In this document: in pieces, positions 34,227-46,137 of the stretch | Layout of the letters: every line of letters starts with the position of its first letter | Position numbering within the stretch: the first letter of the stretch is position 1 | NCBI GenBank assembly: GCA_030390025.1 | Contig: CM059431.1 | Span: 158,350,001-158,414,000, forward strand | Reading direction: 5' to 3' | Source: Squalus acanthias | Taxonomy: Eukaryota | DNA length: 64,000 nucleotides | Translations under genes and position numbers: made by a program | Notes under the pieces: generated by a model | What the model saw: the letters and a program-made list of their open reading frames with translations, nothing else | Databases searched by the model: none | Told to the model about the DNA's origin: nothing

Positions 34227-37200
34227 ACCTTCTGCTCGTTAACCTCTATGTTTCTTTGATTTGATTTATATAATCAACCCCCTACATTCAATTTGTAAAT
34301 CTACATTTCATTTCCTTTTCTGTGCACATCCAAGTAATTCTTGTATGTGCTCCACCCGTTTTATTATCGTGTAATTCCTATAAATCGTATCGCAATCATT
34401 TCCTACTTGGTACCTTCGTATTGCTTCCCGACGGAATTATCTGATCCATTCCGTCCCAATATGACTGGGCTCGTGTGTTCTTGATTTGTTGAAATTGGTT
34501 ATCCTGTACATATATATTGCTTTGATTTACTGTTCTTCTGAATTCTAATGATATCATTGCTTCTTAGATGTCAGTTATCCGTTTGCAGAAATTGATACAA
34601 TACTCATTCCTTCCCTGTTGTTCTGGAAACGTACCCATCTATCTCACGTCCTGGATACGTGGCAGATAGCACACTCCCTCTTCCACCCGTACATCACTTC
34701 TATACTTTAGTTATTTTAAGTCCCCCATTATCTCTGATAGCCTCGCCGCTAAAATGTCTCCATTTTTTCAATATATCGCTTCCTCAATTCGTGACCCACC
34801 ACTTGTGAATGAAAATGAACTCCTCATAGTTAATGGCTAGGTTTTTCGATCGCAGGAATCCCGGGTGCGCAGGTCTGCAATCTAGAAGAATCTACGCCCT
34901 TACCTTCGGGTTCCCGGGACGCACACGATTCAGATCCTGGGCCTCTCCAATCTCGATTTGCGCAGGGCCCTATTATCCCAGAGGCACAGGCAGATTACAG
35001 GGAGCATGGGATCATGTGGGCCATGGGGAGCCAATCAAAGTAGGGAAACTGCATTCATACACGTGACAGGAAGACCTTTCAAATATATGAATGGAGATCA
35101 CCCCAAAAACATATTGGCGAAGAAATTCCTTTCGCAGGCCGCCCGCGGGCGGAGGACTGCGATCTGGAAAAATCTGTGCCTGGACCGGAGGGGTCCCGGG
35201 AGGCGCAGAGTTCCGTTGCTTGGTCTCTCCAAACTTCCGGTGCGCAGGGCCCACGTATCCCAGAGGCGCAGGCGGTTTGCAGCGTCCCTGGGATCACGTA
35301 GGGAGCCAATCAGAGAAGGGAGTCTCCCTTCACACATTTGACAGGTAGACCTGACAAATACATGAATGGAATTCACCCCCAAAACATAGTAAAAACAAGC
35401 CTTAGCCCTGCTTTTACCAGGCATACGATTTCTAATGGTTTTCTGCAGGAGGAGGTTCTCCAGAAAGCGGAACTATCCGTCCGCAGAGGACCTTCTCCAG
35501 GCTCGGCGTCCAATCTGTCAAGAGTATTCTTGACATATCGGAAATTACGTATTTCAGCGCATGCGCTTGGCATGACTGATAACGGCATTTCCGATGTCCC
35601 TGCGGTTGTGTACACAGCGCGAACACACCCGTAAGGATCGGAATATCCGGCCCATTAACGCCAAGCTCCCAGCCGTGCACTTACATTAACCATATCTTCA
35701 TATAATAATTTCCTAGAGCATCATCAGAAAATCGCTACCTTCAACTAATCAGCTTTATTCACCATGCTTTATTAATATATGTGTTACATAACTTCAGGAA
35801 ATATTCGAAAAGAGATCAGATAGACATCATGGATGAGACTCGGAATTTGATTTTAAATAGGACATGATGGCTGTCATGACTGGAGATGCCGGGAATGTTA
35901 TGTCTCTGAGTAATGGGCAGAAGAATGAACGTGAAGGCTTAGAGTTGCGTAACCCATGGACTGGATGAATTTTGCGAGTGCTTGGTGAGACGTAGAATAA
36001 TGCAGATATTTTGAGGTTGTTAATTATAAATAATAACTGTGGCAGGGAAGTTGGTAGATAGGCAGGTAGAATCAGTCATGCAGAGAAGTTGGAAGGAGAA
36101 AATTAATGGAAGCAACGACTTGGATATGTTCAGGAGAAAGTTCTAGAAATTGGTGCCACCGGCAGTGACTCAAATGAATCGTCTCGTTTAATTAAAATGC
36201 ACGTCACCTTTGCTAAAGAACGGACAGAATTTTGCGGCCGTGAACGACAGCTTATTTTAAATATGTCAGTTAATTTCTTTTCCTGAGATTAGATATATGT
36301 GGCTTTTAGATATTCTATCTAGCTCCAGGATATCCATTGGGTATTTGCTGAGTAGGCGTGATGCTTGTGCTGCTAGTGGTATCTTATTCAAATATTAATT
36401 ACAATATTTGGCCCGTCATTTCCGTTAGGAGGCTTCCTGCGTCCGCATGCCTCCTATCGGGAAGAAATCTACGCCCTTCCCTGAGGGCTCCCGAGGAGGA
36501 GCCATTTCCGATCCTGCGCCTGTCCACAGTAGAAATGCGCAGGGCCCACCTGATCCCAGGGACGCTTGCGGAGATCGTGAGCCCCGGAGATAGGTGGACA
36601 GGCGAGAGAATAGAAGGGAATCTCCGTTCATACCTTTGACAGATAGACCTGTCAAAGGTATGAATGGAGATCACCCCCAAAACAAATCAAAACAATAAAT
36701 ACATTTTTACAAAGTATCGCGTTTTTATAATGAGTAACATTTATATTAATTTAAATATTTTAAACAAAAGTTTCATGCTTTGAAAAAGTATTTAAAGATT
36801 TTTAACGAGCTAAAATTAAACTTACCTTATTTAGAATTACTTTCAAATTATAAGTGAGTGAAAAAAATTAATATTTTTTTTACTTTTTTAAGCTCTTGTG
36901 CTGGGAAAAGCAGGCCTTACGCCTGCTTTTACCAGGAGTACGATTTTTAAGTGTTTTCAAGAGCGGATGTCCTGCAGCAAGCGGAAATCTCCACCCGCAG
37001 AGGCCCTTCTGAAACCGGCATTACCGATGTCCCTACGGGTGTGTACACAGCGCGTACTCACACGTAGGCATCGGAAAATACGAGCCATTGGCCCAGAAAT
37101 TAAACATCGATGGTTCCCGCGGGGGTAAGGATTCCCCGCGTAATCGCACTCCGCCCCGACCTTTTGTTTCGGGCCCACACGAACTTGAGTTTCAGGGCCT

Positions 37201-38522
37201 CTCCCTGTTGCAAGCGTGCAGTGCTTGCGTGTCCCTGATGCGCAATTAGTTCGTGCGAGCTCTGGGATCACGTGATTCAGTTAGAGCCAATGGCAGCACA
37301 ACATCTTTCATTCATAGTTTTGACAGCAAGGGCTGTTAAAGCTATGAATACTACAAGACAGCAAAAGAACAGCTAAACCTCAATTAAATTTTAAAAAAGC
37401 CATCACATTAATAAAATAACTACTTTAAAAAAAAATTTGAAAAAATTTAAAACCTTTTTAAAAGTTATAAAAATAAACTTACCTTTCTTTAAAGTCTCGA
37501 AAAAAGATAAACCTGTTGAATTTTTTTTTGAATAACACTTAATTAACTACTTACCTTGTTAAAAGGGGGTCCTGCGGCTGCTTTCTTTATGTGTAAAAAC
37601 TTCACCACTTACCTGCGCGTTCAAACCTGAAAGAAAAACTCAGTGCACTGTTCACTTAGGCACCGCCACCTTTGCAAAACACCAAGTGCCAGATTCCCGC
37701 GCATGCGCAGTGCATACAGGGAACCAGCAATTCGGGACCGAATACGCGAGAGTACACAGTGCGTACTCTCGCGTATTAGGTCTAATTTTCGGGCCATTGT
37801 GTCTTGGCGTGTTCCTTGCAATCCTGAAATTTGGATTAATTGCTCCTTGGATAGGATGCCATTTATGTCCGATTACAGAAACAACAGTAACCCGAATCCC
37901 TGCAGAAATACGGCCAAGGTAAATAGCTTAACTGCAAGACGTTTTCCAGTGAATTATCAGTTAATTAGAGAGTCTCTTTCTGCAGATGGTTTCTGCCTGG
38001 CACTTATGCGGCACAAATGATACTTGCTAATTATCCACCAAAACTGGCAAGTTGACCAGATCTTGTTGCATACGGGATGGACTGTTTAGTTACCTGAGGA
38101 ATTGGGAATGGAATTGAACACTGCAATCATCAGCATACAGCACAAATTCTGACCGAAGTACAGAAACATTTTCATTGATGAAGCAGCTGACGGTATTTGG
38201 GTCGAGGATTCTTCCACGATGAACTCATGGTTATAACATGAGATGCTGCTCTCTTATTATTCGTGAAAACACGGGGCTGATCTCACCTGTCATGACCTAC
38301 TCCCTTAATTACATTAAAAATGTATTCAATAACCCAGTTACAGATATACTCTAGGGCACTTTATTTACCAAATGTCCCCACTACACCACAGAGACCCTAG
38401 AAATTTAACACCACAGAATTTAAGCTTAAAAAGAGAGAAATACTCACCAACCAATCACTTACCTGTTTTTTGGTGACGTCACACTTCGATTATTTTGCCC
38501 CTCCGAGTTCGGAGACTGGTAC

Positions 38523-38800
38523 GCCTTACCTGGTCTCTGGAGCCTTTTATAGGACCACTGCCGCCGCTGAAACTCCCGCCGACGCTCTGAGGCCTTACCT
38601 GGTCTCTGAAGCCTTTTATAGGCCCACTGCCGCCGCTGAAACTCTCGCCGACGCTCTGAGGCCTTACCTAGTCTCTGGAGTTTTTTTATAGGCCCACTGC
38701 CGCCGGTGAAACTCCCGCCGACGCTCTGAGGCCTTACCTGGTCTCTGGAGCCTTTTATAGGCCCACTGCCGCCTTTGAAACTCCCGCCGACGCTCTGAGC
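38523..38800 (-). repeat. ~69-70-bp tandem monomers (4 copies), probably the 5' UTR of a minus-strand CR1 (38262-38800)
   Basis: gccttacctggtctctggagccttttataggcccactgccgccgctgaaactcccgccgacgctctga starts at ~38523, 38592, 38661 and 38731. Confidence 0.8.
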
Positions 38801-39040
38801 GTCCCTGGAATCATTCTCGTAAATCTTTTCTGCACCCTCTCTAAGGCCATCACATCCTTCCTAAAGTACGGTGCCCAGAACTGGACACAATACCGCAGTT
38901 GAGGCCGAACCAGTGTTTTATTCAGGTTCATCATAAATTCCATGCTTTTGTACTCGATACCTCAATTCATGAAGCCCAGGATCCGGTAAGCATTTTAACT
39001 GCTTTCTCAACCTGTTCTGCCACCTTCAACGATTGGTGCC
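38801..39040 (-). mobile_element. CR1 RT C-terminal fragment
   Basis: KTLVRPQLRYCVQFWAPYFRKDVMALERVQKRFTRMIPG. Confidence 0.88.
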
Positions 39041-40065
39041 AGGATACCCATCCATGACCCCACTACCAAACATCAAGCCACCGTTTCCAAGACTGTCACT
39101 GACCACATCTCCTCTGGAGATCTTCCCTCCATGGCCGCCAACATCATAGTTCCCCAACCCCGCACAGCACGTTTCTACCTCCTTCCTAATATCCACAACC
39201 CATCGTTACAGCCTGTTTTTGTCCCACGGAACTTATCTCTTCCTATCTCGACTCTATTTTTTCTCCCCTTGTCCAGTCTCTTCCCACCTCTATCCGCAAC
39301 TCTTCCGACGCCCTCCACCACTTTAGCTGTTTCCAGTTTCGTGGCCCCAACCGTCTCCATTTCATTATGGACGTCCAATCCCTCTACACCTCCATCTCCC
39401 ACAAGGATGGCCTGAGGGCGCTCTGCTTCTTCCTTGAACAAAAGCCGAACCAGTCCCCTTCCACCAACACCCTCCTTCGCCTGGCTGAACGTGTTCTCGA
39501 ATTGAAAACCTTCTCCTTTGACTCCACTCACTTCCTCCAAATTAAAGTTGATGCGATAGGAACCCGCATTGTTCCTGGCTATTCCTGCCTTTTCGTTGGG
39601 TATGTGGAACATTCGTTGTTCCAGTCCTACACAGGTCTCTTCCCTCACCTCTTTTTCTGGTACATTGATGACTGTATTGGTGCTGTTTCCTGCTCTCGCC
39701 CTGAACTAGAACATTTCACTCACTTTGCTACCAATTTCCACCCTTACCTCATCTTCACATGCTCCATCTCCGACTCCTCCCTTCCCTTCCTCGACTTCGC
39801 TGTATTCATCTATGGGGATAAGCTTTCGACAAACATTCACTATAAGCCCACTGACTCCCACCCCGCTTCCTGTAAGTACTCTATTCTATTCTCCCAGTTT
39901 CTCCGTCTCCACCGCATCCGCTCTAACGATGCCACCTTCTAAAGAAATGTTTCCGACATGTCGTCCTTTTTCCTCAACCGAGGATTCCCCTCTACTGTAG
40001 TTGACACAGCTCTTGACTGTGTCCGTTCTATTTCTCGCACTTCTGCTCTCACCCGTTCCCCTCCA
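39041..40065 (+). mobile_element. Decayed Penelope-like retroelement RT fragment
   Basis: PRTARFYLLP.IH, MDVQSLYTSI.H, WYIDDCIG, LPFLD, HYKPTD and YSILFSQFLRLHRI motifs, with frameshifts. Confidence 0.88.
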
Positions 40066-42006
40066 GATACAAAGGACTAAAAACAGTGGAAGCCCTAGAG
40101 GAGTACAGAAAGTGCAGGGGGGTACATTAAAAAGAAATTAGGAGAGCGAAGAGGGGGCATGAAAAAACACTGGCAGGCAAAAAAAGTGAAAAGTCGAAGT
40201 TGTTTTGATAGTACATTAAGGGCAAGAGGATAACCAGGGAAAGAGTAGGGCCAATTAGGGACGAAAGTGGCAATCTGTGCGTAGAGCCGGGAGATGTAGG
40301 TGAATTTTTAAATGAATATTTTGCAGCTGTGTTCACTATGGAGAAGGACGATGTAGGCATAGAGATCAGGAAGGCGGATTGGGATATACTTGAACACATT
40401 AGCATTGAGAGGGTGGAGGTACGAGCGGTTTTAGCTGACATAAAAGTGGATAAATCCCCAGGGCCAAGACGAAATGTATCCGAGGCTGCTGTGTGAGGAA
40501 AGGGAGGAGATTGCAGGGGCTATGACACAAATTTTCTGAACCTCTCTGGCCACAGAGGACGTGACAGAGGACTGGATGACAGCTAACGTAGTATCATTAT
40601 TCAAGAAGGGTACTAAGGATAAACCAGGGAATTACAGGCCATTGTGCCTAACATCAGTCATAGGGAAATTATTGGAAACAATTCTGAGGGACAGAATTAG
40701 TATCCACTTGGAGAGGCAAGGTTTAGTCAAGGATAGTCTGCATGGCTTTTCAGGGAGAGATCATGTCTGACCAATTTGTTTGAACTTTTCGAGGTTGCGA
40801 TTAGGTGTGTGGATGAGGGTAGTGCAGTTGATGTCGTCTACATGTACTTCGGTAAGGCTTTTGACAAGGTCCCGCATGGGAGATGGGTCAAGAAGGTGAT
40901 AACCCATGAGATCCAGGGCAATTTGGCACATTGGATCCAAAATTGGCTTAATGGCAGAAGGCAGAGGGTGATGGTCGAAGATTGTTTTTGTGACTGGATA
41001 CGCGTGTCCAGTGGTGTACCGCGGGTGATCGGTGCTGGGTCTCTTGCTGTTTGTAGTGTACATTGATGATTTAGATATGAATGTAGGAGGTATGATCAGT
41101 AAGTTCGCAGATGACACGAACATTGGTGGAGTGGTAAATAGCGCGAGGGAAGCCTCAGGCTACCGGACGATATAGACAGGTTGCTCAGATGGGCAGAACA
41201 GTGGCAAATGGAATTTAACACTGAACAGTGTGAGGTGATGCATTTTGGGAGGTCTAACAAGGCAAGGGAATACACAATGAATGGTAGGACCTTTGGAAGG
41301 ACAGAGCATCAGAGGGACCTTGGTGTGCATGTACATAGATCCCTGAAGGCAGCAGGACAGGTAGATAAGGAGGTTACGAAGGCATATGGGATACTTGCCT
41401 TCATTAGCCGAGGCATAGAATATAAGAGCAGGGAAGTTATGATGGAGCTGTACAAAATGCTAATTCGTCCACAGCTGGAATACTGAGTGCAGTTCTGGTC
41501 GCCACACTATAGAAATGATGTGATTGCATTGTAGAGGGTGCAGAGGAGATTCACCAGGATGTCACCTGGGCTTGAGCGCTTCAGCTATGAAGAGAGACTG
41601 GACAGGCTGGGGTTGTTTTCCTTAGAGCAGAGAAGGCTGAGTGGGGACCAGATTGAGGTGTACAACATTATGAGGGGCATAGATATGGTCGATGGAAATG
41701 AACTTTTCCCCTTAGTAGAGCGTTCAATCACCAGGGACATAGTTTCAAGCTAAGGGGCAGGAGGTTTAGAGAGGATTTGAGGAAAAACCTTTTCACGCAG
41801 AGCGTTGTTGGAATCTGGAACTCACTCCCTGAAAGGGTGGCAGATGCAGGAACCCTCACAACATTCAAGTAGCATTTAGATGAGCATTTGAAACGCCATA
41901 GCACACAATGCTACGGACCAAGTCTTGGAAAATGGGATTAGAACAGACAGGGCTTGATGGCCGGCCTCTTTCTGTGCTGTATAACTCTATGACTCTATGA
42001 CTATGA
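40066..42006 (+). mobile_element. Decayed CR1 LINE ORF2 (RT) with 3' tail
   Basis: DWMTANVVSLFKKG..NYRP, KAFDKVPH, KFADDT, QRDLGV and LIRPQLEY motifs; (ctatga)n tail at ~41986-42006. Confidence 0.93.
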
Positions 42007-42408
42007 CACGCCCACAAAATTTGTCACATCTAAGCCACACCCACAGAAACTTCCTGCAGATCCTTCCATTGAAATTATAATTTAAAACTTTTAATTAAAC
42101 TGGTACTTGGACATATTTAATATATCAGCATTTTGGTACGATTATGTAACAAAATACCAATAATATTTTGGCATCTGATTTCCACTTGAATGAAACAAAT
42201 TATAATTTGAGGTCAATCGAAACATTTTCGTCCTTTGACCGTCAGGGGGTAATAATAATTTAAATATTTACTAAATTGAAATAGATAGTTTATCTGTTCA
42301 AACTTCTATTGAGTTTATAACAGTGTCTATCACTTGGGATTTTTATTAAACTTTAAGTTATTTATATTTTATACTAAGAATCTTGTTCCTTTTCTTATTT
42401 GCTCTGAG

Positions 42409-42519
42409 GAACATTGAAGAGCGTTGCAGAGTGTTTTGCCAGCCCAAAGAATTGCTGGTGCTGTACTTCACCATCCCGGCTTTCAAATTCCGGATGTGTA
42501 AATAGTTTATGTAAATCAG
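42409..42519 (+). CDS. Candidate Cys-rich exon (111 nt, phase 1-1): GTLKSVAECFASPKNCWCCTSPSRLSNSGCVNSLCKS
   Basis: Polypyrimidine tract ending ctgag|, donor TCAG|gtaatt, open symmetric frame in non-repeat DNA. Confidence 0.35.
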
Positions 42520-43900
42520 GTAATTTTTTTTTTATTCTTCTAAGGCTAGCATTTAATATCCTGTCAAATGTCCATTAGTGAAAAAAATATTAAAATGTCG
42601 CAGTAACTTTCCGATGGATTGGGATTCAGCAGCACAAAAAGGCGTTGGCAATGCACCTTTTGATTTACTATACACCATGCACCTAGCACACCAGCTGTGG
42701 GGCAGCTTTAAATGTATTATATAAAATAATTAAATAGGAAAATGGTTTTATTTCATACATTTGGAGGAAGTATAAATGATCTTTGTCAGATGCCCAGTTC
42801 TTGATCATACATTTGGAGTGCAGAAAACATTGATCATTTTAAATATTAACTGTCATATTTTTTTTATTATTAATATTTCTAAATGTTGCCACTAGAGACA
42901 TGTATTTTATTGTAAAGTTATACCAGAACGATTACCAATCATTTCAGAGGCACTGTGATATCGGTGGAGCGACCACATTCAGCCTACTTCTCTGCAGAAA
43001 AAAAAACCTTTAATTCTTAGGTTATTTCAAGTGGTATGTGTTCGGTACATGTTGTTTGTTTCTGTGGGTGGTATTTTGGTAACAGTTTCACTTCAATTTT
43101 ATTTGAACTCACGGAACAATTTGAATATTGTGCACGTTTTAGGGTTAAAGTTTTATTGCTTGCAACTATATCCGCTGATTGTTCTCAATATTCAACACAA
43201 CTGGATCCCTTTCACAGTGAAACAGGCTCCTGCAACTGCTTACACCAACAGTAAAATCTTCATACGTAATTGCCGGGCAGTTAGTGGCAATTAGCCCAAC
43301 ACTATTCCAGTATGAGTATTTCCGCGTTGGTGCAAATCATCTGTTAAGGCATCACAAGTTCGGTATTTAGCGCCTATTGAAGCGCATGCGGAAAACGCGA
43401 ACTTGTGGTCATTTTCAAAGGCGGTATGACAGTGTACTCTCAGTGTACCCCGTCATGCCCACCGATAAATTTGGCCCGTCAATTGGGAAAAAGCAGCTTC
43501 TGGTGCTAAGCAGCGCCGCCTGGTGGCACAAGTAAGCAAATACATCAGCCAATTTGTTCAGATTAGCATTAGAATAGGAAAATCGTAACGAATCAAAGCC
43601 CAGAAGCAGGATAAATGGCGATGTCGGAACATGTATAGACTTGAATATATTACAGGTTGTCCAGTGTTATGTGTCGCGGTCATTTGGTGAACTAACAGAA
43701 GATCACCCAATGCACAGTCAGCCCAACCGTGGCACACATTCTTCTCTGATAAATCTCTTGTGCATACTTTATATGCACGTTATTCAGGCAAAGTGCAGAA
43801 ATCCACAATGTTAAGGTCACCTGACAAAGAAAAACGGTGAAAACAGCAGAGGAGATCAAAATGTAAACTGAATAATGAGGTAGACAAACGATAAACGGAA

Positions 43901-45885
43901 GAACATAACATATGTACATAAGACGTCGGAGCAGGAGTAGCTCATTTGGCCCCTCGAGCCTGCACCGATATTCAATAAGATCATGGCTAATCTCATCTTG
44001 GCATCACTTCCCTGCCCGCTCCCCATAACCATCGACTCCCTTACCTTTCAAAAATCTGTCTGTCTCCACCTTAAATATTGTCATTAACAGCTCTCTGGGG
44101 CAGAGAATTCCAAAGATTCACGACTCTCTGAAAGAAGAAATTCCTCCTCATTTCCGTTTTAAAAGGGTGCCCCCTTAGTCTGAAATTATGTCCCTCGTTC
44201 TAGATTCCCCCTTCAGAATTGTTATATGTTTCAATGAGTCCGCTCTCATTATTCTAAACTCCAATGAGCATAGGCCCAACCTGCTGAACCTTTTTTTCAT
44301 AAGACAACCACTTCCTCTCCGGAATCAGCCTCGTGAACCTTCTCTGAACTGCTTCCAATGCAAGTATATCCTTCCTTAAATAAGGAGACCAAGACTGTAC
44401 ACAGTACTCCAGGTGTGGTCTCACCAACGCCCTCTACAGTTGTAAAAGGACTTCCCTACTTTTATACTCCATTCCCTTTGCAATAAAGTCCAACATTCCA
44501 TTTTCCTTCCTAATTACTTGCTGTACCTGCATGATAACATTTTGTGATTCATGTACAAGGACCCCCAGATACCTCTGCACCTCAGCATTTTGTAATCTCT
44601 CCCCATTTAAATATTTTTTTTTTTAAATGTCCTACCAAAGTGGATAACCTCGCATTTTCCCACATTATACTCCATCTGCCAGATTCCTGCCCACTCACTT
44701 AGCCTATCTATACCCCTTTGGAAATTCTTTGCCTCCTCCACACAACTTGCTTTCCCACCTATCATTGTATCATCAGCAAATTTGGTTGCATTACACTCAG
44801 ACCCATCATCCAAGTCATTAATATAGATTGTAAATAGTTCAGGCCCAAGCACTGATCCCTGCGGCACCCCACTAGTTACAGTTTGCCAACCTGAAAATGA
44901 CCCATTTATCCCGACTCTCTTTTTTCTGTTTTTTAGCCAATCATCTATCCATGCTAATTTATTACCTCCAACCCCGTGAGCTCTTATCTTGTGTAGGAAC
45001 CTTTTATGTGGTACCTTATCGAATGCCTTATGAAAATCCAAATACACATCTGCTGGTTCCCCTTTATCCACCTTGCTCATTATATCCTCAAAGAACTCCA
45101 GCAAATTTGTCAAAAATAATTTCCCTTTCATAAAACCATGCTGACTCTGCTTGACTATATTGCGATTTTCTAAATTTCCTGCTACCACTTCCTTAATGAT
45201 GGACTCCAGCATTTTCACAATGACAGATATTAACTAACTGGTCGATAGTTGCCTGCTTTCTGGCTCCTTCCTTCTTAAAAAGGGCGTTACATTTGCGGTT
45301 TTCCAGTCCGCTGTGACCTCTCCAGAACCAAGGGAATGTTGGTAGATTACAACCAATGCATCCACTATGTCTGCAGCCACCTCTTTTAAGACTCTAGCAT
45401 GCGGGCTATCGGGACCAGGGGGGCTGTCCACATTTAGTTCCATTAATTTGCCTAGTAATTTCTAGTGACATTGATTGTTTGAAGTCCCCCCTAACCCAAT
45501 TGCCCCTTGATTATCCATTATTGGAAAGCTTTTAGTGTCTTGTACCGTGAAGACCGATACAAAATATTTGTTCAATATTTCTGCCATTCATCTGTTTCCC
45601 ATTATTAATTCCCCAGACTCTTCCTCTGGGGGACTAACGTTACTTTAGGTACACTCTTCCTTTTTATATACCTGTAGAAGTTCTTACTGTCTGTTTTTAT
45701 ATTTCTTGCTAGCTTACTCTCATAAGCTATCTTCTCTCTCTTTATCATTTTTTAGTCATCCTTTGCTGGTTTTTAAACATTTCCAATCCTTGTCTTTCCT
45801 CTATTCTTCGCAACATTATATGCTTTTATTCTCAAGTTGACACCATCCTTTACTTTCTTACATATTCACGTATGGTTCATCTTTC
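43901..45885 (-). mobile_element. Decayed CR1 LINE ORF2 with 3' end
   Basis: ORFs 44607-45218 and 45234-45443 (QHGFMKGK, DFHKAFDKVPH, GVPQGSVLGP, KFADDT); tail at ~43901. Confidence 0.93.
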
Positions 45886-46008
45886 TCTTAGAGTCTTTTT
45901 TTCTCTGAGTGTTATGAAATAACAGCAGCTTTCCGAATTGTTTGAGACTATTTGGACTGTCAATGAATATTTGAAAAATAAATCTCAAACATATTCTATC
46001 ATTTACAG

Positions 46009-46137
46009 AGATTGACGATACTGCAATAATGGACGAACAAGGCAAGATAATCGTCACGGTTGCAGTCTCAGTTGCAATACTGCTGGGAGCAGTAGGAGTT
46101 CTGGTGACGTGTTGTTGGCCAAACCAGAAAAATCGCG
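46009..46137 (+). CDS. Transmembrane exon (129 nt, phase 1-1): EIDDTAIMDEQGKIIVTVAVSVAILLGAVGVLVTCCWPNQKNR
   Basis: Strong acceptor ttctatcatttacag| and donor CGCG|gtaaga; ~22-aa hydrophobic helix followed by CC and basic residues. Confidence 0.7.

Larger units (their letters stand above)
1..38260. repeat. Tandem array of a ~7.7-kb unit: unit 1 1-6935, unit 2 6936-14616, unit 3 14617-35748 (contains CR1 and ERV insertions), unit 4 35749-~38260 (truncated)
   Basis: The anchor (t/c)cagctttattcaccat recurs at 1, 6936, 14617 and 35749 with colinear, highly similar sequence between. Paralogous ORFs recur in the track (e.g. 2134/9802; 4242/11911/20308). Homology stops at ~38260. Confidence 0.97.
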
